This document shows positions 26,940-38,246 of a stretch of 64,000 nucleotides of DNA, one piece after another. The DNA comes from Vicugna vicugna. Taxonomy: Eukaryota. The stretch is taken from contig MU057651.1 in assembly GCA_013265495.1 (NCBI GenBank), positions 372,001-436,000 of the forward strand, given 5' to 3'. The notes beneath the pieces were generated by a model, which was given only the letters and a program-made list of their open reading frames with translations, had not been told where the DNA came from and ran no database searches. Each line of letters opens with the position of its first letter. Position 1 is the first letter of the stretch. A program made the position numbers and the translations under genes.

Positions 26940-28899
26940 ATATATATATTACTTTGGGGAGGATTGATACCCTTACAACATTGCAACATTGCATCTTATC
27001 ACTTATGAGCGTAGCCTGGCTCTACATTTATTCACAGTTTCTGTTATGTTCTTTAATAGTTTTATGATTTTCTCACTAGCGGTCTTACACGTATTTGTTG
27101 GCTTTATTACTGTGTACTTTATAGTTTTTTGGTCTCTGTCAACTGTTTGTATTTATTTCCAACCTCACTTCCTTTTTGCTTATCCCAACCACTCCACTCT
27201 AGGTTCTATTCACTGTGTTTCTGATAGGTAATATAAACTAATGATTATGTGTGTGTGTGTGATGGATGATGGTTTTGTTTCCTGACCCTGATCTTAAAGC
27301 TGAGTTTGATTAACCCAGATCACAGCCCTTCTCCTTCATGATTTTTGTAAGATAGATATTTGTGTCCTGTCTCCTTAGTGAACCTTCAAGTCCCTCAGGG
27401 GCAGTGACTGATGTCTTCTACCCTGCATCTTGCCTGTGATACTGGCACATTGTAATTACTCAAAAGGTCTTACTGGTACATTTCCCACAATGGAGTTGCT
27501 CCACTTCTCCTTCAATCTCTTCACTCCGTTGAACCCTCAGTCATGACTCTCCCTTGATCTTCAAAGTTGACTTCCATGCAGAAAGATGCACTTTCCCTCT
27601 AGACTCGTGCCTGAGACCTTCACGTCTACCAGTGATTCCTCTGAGGAAGTGAGAGAAAAAGTCTTGGTTAGTAGCTGAGAATTCTTTGAGAAGAATTATG
27701 TTGGTGAGATAACCTGGTCCAGTTTTTGTGAAAGCTTTTTCAACAGAACATAAATCTATGAGATGCTCTGGGGGAAACAAATCCTGAATAAAAAACAAAC
27801 AAAAAAGCAAGAAGCCCTTTATACTAAATTGTCTTTTTGGAGACTTGTACCATATTTTAAATTAAAGGCCCTGAAAAGTTTATGATAAAGAAAACTAGTT
27901 TTGTTGAACTCATCACTTTTCAAGCATTTTTGACCGCAGAACCTTTTTTTGGGGGGGGGGTTTAAAGAACACCTATTAACATCCACATATCTCACACTGG
28001 GAAACACTGATCTTGTTCATTCCTCTGCTCCTTAGTATATACAAAGCAAACTAAGCCATCTATCCTAGACTGTCTTCTGAAGACATTTTGCTTCCACAGT
28101 AGTGTAACAAAGCCTACACCATGAGGAAATTTTCAAATCCTTCATGTTTAAGTTTTATCATCCCACACGTTTTTATATCTTCACTGGAAATAAAATGATT
28201 TTGATTTCTGATGCAAAATCAATTGCTGTGTATTTATGGAATGCTTACCATGTGTAAGAAAAAAAATAAGACTTTAGCCTTGCCGGACAGGGAATTTGCA
28301 ACCATCGGTTGGAATTTCCATATTTCCCTGCTTCTATTCCTCGATATTTCTCTGCCCTTGACCTAAATAACCTTGAGTTTTCAAGAGGTGGCCATAACGT
28401 AAGGCAGAAACAAATGGAAGAGGATAGGGCAGACACATGCTGTCCCCTGAGATACTTATTTAGAAACCAGGAGAGCAGCAGCAAAGTGTTGGGAGGACTT
28501 GATTGGGCAGGTTGCACACTTGATGCTGGCTATCCTACTAACAGATAGCATAGGCTTTGCTGAGCCATCACCTTCCACAGAAGAAAAATCATATTTTTTA
28601 AATCCCACTTTGAGACAGCTAATAGTAAAAGACATGCACAGCAGGTGCTTAATTATAAATCATCTAGCACTAGGTCTAAAAAGGAGGGTTAATTATACTA
28701 GGAATCAGATATAATTCCTGAGCACACTATTAGCGCTGAGCTTCCTGGAAGCCAAGCAAAAATGGAACCATGATAGTTCAAGACTGATACATATTAAGGC
28801 ATGGAGCCTCTGTTGTGAAGATGGTAGCCCACCTGCACTGGAGTTTCTCACCTTCCTCTTCTTTTGTCCTATACTTTAGGCTTGATTTCTTAAATTCAA

Positions 28900-29632
28900 T
28901 ATGGATGCTTCCTTGCCCTTTATAACATATTTGGTATAAAGAAACCAATTAGTAACAAATAGGCAGTTTGAGGAGAAAGCTGTTAATATTTCTCTTGTAG
29001 CCATCAGACTCACTTCACATAAAAAGGTCTCTGGGTTAGATTTAAACTCTCAAAGGTAAACACTGCAGATTCCATTAACAAAATTATTACACCAAGCTGA
29101 AAAGTCTTTGGGGTCCTTCTTCAACATCATCCTCCATGAAATTCTGGAACAATTTTCCCTTGTCTTGTCCCTTTTCCTACTGCCTCTTCGTCTACTCCAC
29201 TAACCTCATTTCAAAACAACCATTGTTGGATGCATTAACTAAAATGCTTTGAATAATTTGCATATTTGATTGTCTTCTCTCAAGAAGATGAAAGGAAGAG
29301 GGCTACAATTTCTAAGAAGCCTGGTTCGACTGTCTGAATCTGGCCCCTAGGCAGATTAGGCCAAGGTTTTGGCCAAGTGAAATTGCTAATTCCCTAAAAG
29401 AAAGGGCTAGCACGTTGCTCATTAGAGCATTCTGAACTTGCCTGTGCAATCTTTTTGCTCCCCTGCAATTTCCTGTTGGTTATAAATGAAACCTTTCTGG
29501 CTGTTAATGCAGCCTGTGAATTGAAGAAAAAAAGCATGTAATTAATCAAAGGCGGTTAGGGGGATTCACTAAGCCTGAGTTATAGGGGAGAAGCTGGACA
29601 AGGCACTAGGACCTAGAAGGCATCTATCCACC
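28900..29632 (+). promoter_or_regulatory. DCX: DCX proximal promoter region (no CpG island)
   Basis: Repeat-poor unique sequence immediately upstream of the first exon; assignment is positional. Confidence 0.55.
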
Positions 29633-29727
29633 CTGGCAGGAATTTCTTGCTTGGAGCTCAGACAACAAAGGCATAGAGAGATTGGTTTTCTTTCTCTCAG
29701 CATCTCCACCCAACCAGCAGACAACCG
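29633..29727 (+). other. DCX: DCX non-coding first exon (5'UTR); start approximate
   Basis: ctggcaggaatttcttgcttggagctcagacaacaaaggcatagagag...caaccagcagacaaccg matches my recollection of the human DCX mRNA 5' end. Ends in a strong donor CCG|gtgagt (29728); contains no ATG. Confidence 0.85.
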
Positions 29728-29799
29728 GTGAGTGGGGCTTTCAAGTGATTTTCAGGCAGAATGTAACAGATGTCAAACGGGAAAAGCACAAGGCAAAGC

Positions 29800-29874
29800 A
29801 CTCTCTCTGTCTCTCTGTCTCTATCTCTCTCTGTCTCTCTCTCTGTGTATCTCTCCCTCTCTCTGTGTGGTGTC

Positions 29875-29910
<36 letters not shown>
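29800..29910. repeat. (CT)n-rich tract in the DCX 5' region
   Basis: Imperfect TC/TG dinucleotide repeat. Confidence 0.95.
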
Positions 29911-31278
29911 AGTCTCTACCTGGGATTTTCCTTTGGAAAAGTGAGTTTGATGTTCCTTTGTTTTCACTGTGATGCTGATTTAGGATAATACCACCCTAGA
30001 TTCTAAAGCAAAGCCAAGCGGTACTGGCATGTCTGGGGAAATGCTTGCTACTTGTCTTGAGGAGGTGGGGTCTCTCACGCTGCAGGTTGTCTGACAGAGA
30101 CAATGCTGAGCTCAGCACAGGTCATGGTGACATTGGAAGAAAAGGGGGACCGAGCCTGGCAAACCTACTAGGCACCAGCCCTCCTTTATCTCCTGTCCTC
30201 CTGGTCCCTTGCAAATATCTCTATGTGGCAGTGTGTAGCAGCTGAGCCCTGCTTGCTTTGTGAGTCCTTTTATCCCCATCTGTGCGATGCATGTTAATAG
30301 TTTGGTTCCTAGGCTGTCAATACCTTTGCTAGTGTTTGGGGCTTCTGTTGTATTTGGTTTCATACTGTGATTTTCTTTCTCTCTCTCTTTCTTTCCTTTT
30401 TTTTTTTTTTTTTTTTTACAGCAGAAAGGGGGAAAGCAAAATCTGACAGATGATCACCTTTTGCTTGAGCTAATGCACCTGGGCAGTAGACAAATTTGGG
30501 GTGAACTGCCTGCTGTGAGGGCAAAGTACCCCTTCATTCAGGGTAGAAACCCCCGAACAATGAAAGGTGTGCTTGCTTCTAAAGATCCCATATGCCGTTC
30601 AGGGACTTATTTAGGAATCTTTCAGCAATTAAATTATTCCATTAAGAGGTGGGCAGCATTGTTGTGGGGGGACATAGAACACCAGAAAAAACAGAGGGGG
30701 ATTTTGTGACCAAATGGTACCCAGGGTAAAGCAGAACTAATAACTTGTTAAATAACTGATTTCTCTAATCCTTTTTTTTTCCAGCTTATTTCTTATGAAT
30801 GTCGGATAGCTGCACCAGCTTGGTGGGGAAAGGGTTTGATGAATAGCACAAAGACTCTGGCTAGTCCCTAGAGGCTGTCCCTTTAAAGGAGAATCCTAGT
30901 TTATTCTGGGGGGAGGGGATGCACACATTAGAGTAGGAAAGAGGCTTTGGAATAAAATTAAAATACTCCCCTTCATAATCATTTTACTGAGATGCAGAGA
31001 TTGCTTCCTAAGCTGGAGATGCTAACCTTGGCTAGGTCCTTCTGTTCCCTTCAAGGAGAATTTTGTCAGGCTATGGATTCATTTACAACTGTTAGGCATG
31101 TGGGCATGTGTGAGGAAACAGATGCCAGTTTTAATGTATTTAGCCCGAAGTTACAATTTGATAGGAGCCACTGTCAGTAAGTCCCAGGATTTTAAGCTAT
31201 TTCAAAATCCCTCCCTCTCCTCTGTTTGGAACAGTGCCAAAAGTGCCTCCCTCCCGATCTCTCACCCCCACCCCCACA

Positions 31279-31309
<31 letters not shown>

Positions 31310-31324
31310 CCCCCCCCCCCCCCC

Positions 31325-31381
31325 NNNNNNNNNNNNNNNNNNNNNNNNNNNNNNNNNNNNNNNNNNNNNNNNNNNNNNNNN
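31325..31381. other. Assembly gap (57 N)
   Basis: Run of N between a poly-C tract and a poly-T tract. Confidence 1.
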
Positions 31382-31976
31382 TTTTTTTTTTTTTTTTTTT
31401 GCTCAGCAGAAAGGGGGAAAGCAAAATCTGACAGATGATCACCTTTTGCTTGAGCTAATGCACCTGGGCAGTAGACAAATTTGGGGTGAACTGCCTGCTG
31501 TGAGGGCAAAGTACCCCTTCATTCAGGGTAGAAACCCCCGAACAATGAAAGGTGTGCTTGCTTCTAAAGATCCCATATGCCGTTCAGGGACTTATTTAGG
31601 AATCTTTCAGCAATTAAATTATTCCATTAAGAGGTGGGCAGCATTGTTGTGGGGGGACATAGAACACCAGAAAAAACAGAGGGGGATTTTGTGACCAAAT
31701 GGTACCCAGGGTAAAGCAGAACTAATAACTTGTTAAATAACTGATTTCTCTAATCCTTTTTTTTTCCAGCTTATTTCTTATGAATGTCGGATAGCTGCAC
31801 CAGCTTGGTGGGGAAAGGGTTTGATGAATAGCACAAAGACTCTGGCTAGTCCCTAGAGGCTGTCCCTTTAAAGGAGAATCCTAGTTTATTCTGGGGGGAG
31901 GGGATGCACACATTAGAGTAGGAAAGAGGCTTTGGAATAAAATTAAAATACTCCCCTTCATAATCATTTTACTGAG

Positions 31977-32161
31977 ATGCAGAGATTGCTTCCTAAGCTG
32001 GAGATGCTAACCTTGGCTAGGTCCTTCTGTTCCCTTCAAGGAGAATTTTGTCAGGCTATGGATTCATTTACAACTGTTAGGCATGTGGGCATGTGTGAGG
32101 AAACAGATGCCAGTTTTAATGTATTTAGCCCGAAGTTACAATTTGATAGGAGCCACTGTCA
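31977..32161 (+). CDS. DCX: Alternative upstream DCX exon, potential N-terminal extension in frame with the canonical ATG
   Basis: MQRLLPKLEMLTLARSFCSLQGEFCQAMDSFTTVRHVGMCEETDASFNVFSPKLQFDRSHC; donor TGTCA|gtaagt at 32162. Splicing to 32492 gives CA+G TCT CTG AGG TTC CAC CAA AAT ATG (QSLRFHQN-M), in frame. Resembles the extension of the long annotated human DCX isoform. Second copy at 30992-31176. Confidence 0.6.
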
Positions 32162-32411
32162 GTAAGTCCCAGGATTTTAAGCTATTTCAAAATCCCTCCC
32201 TCTCCTCTGTTTGGAACAGTGCCAAAAGTGCCTCCCTCCCGATCTCTCACCCCCACCCCCACAACCACCGCCCCCCCCAGCCCCTCCTTCTTCTCTATTA
32301 AGATCAATATTCCTGCAGGTCAGGGGCAGGCAGCAGATGGGGCACGGGCTTTTTTCAACCAGTTCTTTTCACAAGCAGCAGATTGCAGATCTGGATCTGG
32401 CTAATATTTGA

Positions 32412-32978
<567 letters not shown>

Positions 32979-35369
32979 TAAAACCCCGCATTGATGCTGA
33001 GACTTCTGATTCTATAGGGATCGACAGAACCGTTAGCTGTTACCCTTCGTGGTCTTCAGTCTCGGCTGGGGTTGAAGTGTGGCTGCTGGTAATAATGCAT
33101 TGTGTTTATCTCCCAGGGTATACAAAGAAAAATCTGAATTGTGTCATTTACTCTAGATTTTGTTCATAATTAACTCTGAATAGCACTATCAAGGCAGACC
33201 ATGAAATCATTAGGGGTGTAAAATGAGAAAGGAAGTTTGGTTGGGTTAACAGAAAGAAAATATTACACCCAAATATCCTTTGAACTGCTGAGAGACTATT
33301 TGTGAATTACAACTCCTGGAAATATGCACCCTAAAAGCAGGACTTCCTGGACGTATTCACAAAGGATTATACTTTTAGGTAAGTGGTCACTGCTCAGCTG
33401 TTGCTTCTAAAAAGCCCACTTCGGGGTGTGTCCCTGAGACTGAGGTCATTGAGAGAAATACCAAAGAAAGCTTTGGGTATGCCTGGTATTTTAATAAAGA
33501 CTATTCCTATTAGAATAGGAACTGACTCACTGTACCTAAAATCTGTTTAAATCCTTTCTAGATTTTGGTTTTGTAATTGAATTTTATGACAAGATTGCTG
33601 AAAATCCTGACAACCTGTGTACCCAACTCCAAAAGAGGGAAAATCCTGGCTCTTACCAAAACTTGCTTAGCCATGAAGTCTTTTTTGTGGTCATTTAGAA
33701 AATAGATCTTGGGATACATTCTCCGTATTTTGCTTTATCAAATCAAGTCTATTGAGGATGCCTTCCTGCTCCACTTTTATTGGTATAACATATGTAATCA
33801 GTTTAACCTGACAATGCTTTGAAGGACAGCCATGAGGAGTGGTGATACTGAAAATGTACCCCCCCTCCCAAATCTCTTCCCACTCTCCAACCCTCTCTCC
33901 TCATTCTTTCCATTCCCTGAGCAAAGGTGAATTTAGAGCAGGCAGATCTCTAGGGAAACCAAATTCTGAAACAGCCAGCAAGGAAGGAGAAACAGCACAT
34001 TAAATGACTTGGTGTGGGTGTGCCCCGCCTTTGCTTCACTGCTTCTAGGTTTCTTGTGTTCCTAGACAAAGGAGCATGAGGGCTTCCCTTGTCCAAGACC
34101 ACATTTTCACAAGGAGTTCCTGTTTCTCAAGTCAGATCAAGTGATTTGGGGCCAGTTACTTATAAGAGACAGTGTCCATATGGCTACTGGATCTGGGCCT
34201 CAGGGTTCGGTCTGAGGTTTTTCTCCAAGCTGACCTTGAGAAACAATGCTGGGGAGGGTTAGATTATTTGATCATGTGCTGGATAGCCAGCCAGAGGTTA
34301 ATCCTAGGTTTCTTCTGAACACTGAAGGATTGGCCACCCCAGTGAATACCTTAAAATAAAGGCAGGGTAAACTTGAAGGACTTGAAGCTGGGTTCACGGA
34401 GCTGTCCAACAGAGTAATCAATAGGGTGTGTCTTTTGTCACTGTAAAATACATATCTCAGTCAAATTTGAGGGGTTTCATTGTAATAATTTTCACAAACA
34501 AAGCACCTTGAATCACTGAGTATGCCCTCATTTCCACTAGCTGCGATCTTTTAAAGACCATCATAGATGCTTGCGCAGAATTCTGAACCAAGTGGCATTG
34601 TATTTGCAGCAAGGATTAGAATGTTCTTGTGTCTGATATAAAGCAGGTATCATGCACAGACTTTCCCCCTCAAATCCATTTTTGAATATGTCTTGCTCAA
34701 GGACAAGGCATTGATACTGATTTTCCTCCCTGCATTTGTGTGTGTGTGTGTGTGTGTGTTGAGGTATGTGTGTTGTGATCATCTTAGTTCAATATAGATA
34801 ATAAATATAATTTTGAAGACTGCAGCTTTCTTTTCTCTTGGTCTTTTTGAGTCCTGCTAAATTGGACTCCTCTCATCTACCACTCCTGGGTGCAGTAGTA
34901 GTATCCTGGTGAATTTCTGGACTATGCAGAGTGTGAATAAGGCTCAGTGCATTTATTACTATGTCATTTACAACCACAAACTGCAGTGGCGCTCATTGCC
35001 CTCTCAGTCCCGAGTACTGCGCATTCAGTAAAGGAAATACTGGGACATCTCTGGGATAGCACTGAGAAATGTGACCAAATTTTCCACTACCACAAAGCCA
35101 AGTGGGAAAAGGTGCAGCTATGAAGAGGATTTTTTCACAGGGTCTTTTTCTATTTTTTTGTCCTTTGCAACTACTCAGGTAGGAATGGAGGACAGAAGTC
35201 CCTTACTTTGTTCACCTTTGGAAAAGGTTGAATGAAAAACAAAATAAAAATAAACATTTCATGCCCATTGTTTCCCAGGAAACTTCAAATTGAAAAAGTT
35301 TGGAAAGATCCCTGGGTGAAGAGTCAGAGGCAATGGGATCTCGCCTTAGAGACAGAAGATTATAATAGG

Positions 35370-35580
35370 AAAAGAAGTCTTTGGAATCAGATTTGGTTCC
35401 GATCCAAGATTTACCACCTGCTAGCTTGTGTGAAGTTGTGGAAACCATTTAGACTCCCTGAGCCTCAGTTGTTCATCTATAAAATGGGAATAACTGCTTT
35501 GAGGATTAAATAAGACAATGGATATGAAATGTTTAGTATCCTGCCTGGCACACAGTAGCTCTTAGTAGCTGTTACTATTT
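35370..35580 (+). mobile_element. MIR SINE
   Basis: ctgagcctcagttgttcatctataaaatggga...gaggattaaataaga...tgcctggcacacagtag. Confidence 0.8.
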
Positions 35581-35679
35581 GAGTTGTCCTAGTTTAAAGC
35601 TGATTAAACTACATGACCATAGGTTTGTCCTTATCATCACTGTGACTAATGCTCTCTCTTTTTAAAACAACTTTAAAAG

Positions 35680-36095
35680 AATCAACTTTATTAAAGTATA
35701 ACTTGCATGCTGTAAATTTCACCAATTTAAGTGTACAGTTCAATGATTTTTAGAAAATGTACCAAGTGGTGAAACCATCATCATAATCTAATTTTATACC
35801 ATTTTCATCACCCCGAAAAGAAATCCTGTACCAATTAGCTGTCACTGCCCATTTCCCCTATTCTCTCCAGCTTTAGGAAACAACTTACCTACTTTATGTC
35901 TCTACAGATTGGCCTATTCTGGACATTTTATATGAATTGAATCATATACCATGTGGTCTTTTGTGACTGGCTGCTTTCATTTAGAAAAGGTTTTCAGGGT
36001 TTGTCTATGCTATATACCGTGTATCAGCACTTCAGTCCTTTTTTTTTTTTTGAGAAAAAATATTTCACTGTATGTATAGGTCATATTTTGTGTAT
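35680..36095 (-). mobile_element. L1MB-like 3' UTR fragment
   Basis: ctttattaaagtataact...aagtgtacagttcaatgatttttag...cctattctggacattttatatgaat. Confidence 0.8.
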
Positions 36096-36296
36096 CTATT
36101 GTAATATTCTTATCTGTAAAAATGAGACTAGTAACACCTGCCTTATTTATTAGAGTGGTTGTGAGGATAAAAATAGATAATAGATATGGAAACACTTTGA
36201 CAAGGTAACACTACAACTACAAAGGTTTATTATTGTTCATGATGTAAAAACAAAATAATAGGAATAATGATGATGCTGGTGAGGGGTTGGAATAAC

Positions 36297-36470
36297 CAAT
36301 GGCTCCCAAGCCTGGCTGCCTTTCAGAATCTTTTAGAGCTTTAGAAAAATATCAATTCCTTGGCCACACCCCAGGTTTATTGAATCAGAATCTTCAGGGC
36401 TAGGGCTCCAGAATCTGGTTTTACAAATTTCCCCGGGTGATTCTTATGAGCACTTAAACTTGTGAAGTAC
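36297..36470. mobile_element. MER5A-like MITE
   Basis: ggccacaccccagg...tgaatcagaatct...ccccgggtgattct. Confidence 0.75.
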
Positions 36471-38114
36471 TAGATTAAGTGATCTTGATGGTCCCCTTCA
36501 GCTAACCACAGTGGTGGGAATTCCTAGGAATACGGAAATTCTTGTTTTTGTTTTTTTGATTTGAAGATCTTTAAGATCTCATAGACCTTTAAGGAATAAC
36601 AGAGCATAGAACATACTATGCTTCCAAATGGCTGCATTATTAAATATTTAGCCTAAAACAAAGTGAAATAAAAAGCAATTGGTTAATAATCACTCTGGCC
36701 TTTTGGCCTTCCTTTGTCTAATGCCTCTGGTCTACTGTCTGCTGCTAGATACTAAAAGTAGCAAGGGAACCATTTTGGATCAAAATCAGGTTACTGATGT
36801 CAGGTTTCCCACAGTTCCTTGGATGCACGAATGGTCTTTGTGAAGCCATGCAGAATGTGGTTATATACGTAAGTATTAGTTGTATTCCCAGTGGGTCAGT
36901 GAATGAAATCCACCATGACTTTCCTTCTGTCTTGTTTAGTCTTTCATTGTTGAATTGTTCTTCTTCCCTTCCTGTCCTGTCTAATTCCTCCCACACTTCC
37001 TTGTATGTAAATACCCAGATCAATTGTCAGGGTATCATTTTGAGCATTATTATGCAGACCAAAGGGTATAAGACTTACAGTTGGAACAGTCTTGTTGAAA
37101 AATCTGAGCTGTATGGTGACACTAGCTCTGATCCACTTTCTTTGCCATAGCTTATTTGTTCCAATGAGCTGAAACCACCTTCTCACTGATTTATCCTCTA
37201 ACTACTAAAGCAAGCACATTTCCAAAAGAGGAGGATTTTAAGATACCTGGGAGGATAATATATCACGAATAGATCTGATAATACCATAAAGTACCATTTA
37301 ATATTCTCCTTCTTGAGTGAGGAAGCCCGGGAAAAGAGGAGAAAGCCCTGGCAGAAGTGCTTTTGCACTGAAAAACGATGAACATGTTGAATGTTTTTGA
37401 AAATGGAGCTATCCTGAAAGTGAAGGGAGGTAGACATTAGATCATCTTGAGCCCGCAGCTTGTTCCCTTCCTGCCCTTTCAGCTTGTGCTTCCATGACTT
37501 CATTTCCTTACCCTCTCGCCCTTAAGCTGAAGCAGATTGTCAATTCCAGCAAATTGTCACCTTGCTTGGCTCTGAAGCCAGCTTTCCTTCTAGGCTTCCA
37601 ACGGGTGGGAATCAGTCCCTGGAAGCTGTGGCAGGACGGGAACCCAGCTGTGTAAAGGTGCAACACGCCTCAGCCGGCGCCAAGTGCCAGGCAGCTGGAC
37701 ACGCAGGAAGCACCGAGCTCTGGCAGCACATGTTGCAGACGCCTACAGAATCAGACCAGGGAAGCCTCAGTCTAGAGACGCAGCACGTTTGATGTCTTTC
37801 CAGTAATCCAGGTGGAGAGTCCTCAGTGGTGGGGACCTATTTCTTTAACATGTAATTACCATAACAACTTGGTCTCCTAACGCCTATTTGGGATGGAAAA
37901 GAGAAGAAAATTCCTTCTTAGAGACCTGTAGGGCTAGGAAGTGACTTAAATGTCACCTAATGCAATGCCTTCGATTTATAGACAGAAAAGCTAAGGCTTA
38001 GAGATTAAATGATTTGTCTGACATCATACAGCTCGGAAATGCCTGGTGGGGATTTGAATCCAGGTCTATCTGACTCCCAGAGTCTCTGCTCTCAACCACC
38101 ATAAACATCCTGTC

Positions 38115-38246
38115 CTCTGGTGGGGGATGCAGATAATGGGGGAGGCTATTTGTTGTGGGGTTAGGGGGCACATGGAAAATCCCTGTACCTTCCCCTTCAT
38201 TTTGCTGTGAATCTAGAACTGCTCTAAAAAATAGTCTTAAAAAATA
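38115..38246 (+). mobile_element. L1MC-like extreme 3' end
   Basis: ctctggtgggggatgcagataatgggggaggctat...ttttgctgtgaatctagaactgctctaaaaaata. Confidence 0.75.

Larger units (their letters stand above)
30419..32263. repeat. 860-bp direct duplication (30419-31278 and 31404-32263) flanking an assembly gap
   Basis: Same sequence at offset 985; the ORF track shows identical peptides at 30992 and 31977. Confidence 0.97.

Noticed and set aside
31098..31694. 198-aa ORF with poly-Pro and poly-Phe, and overlapping Gly/Lys-rich ORFs
   Set aside because: They run through the N gap and its homopolymer edges; assembly artifact.
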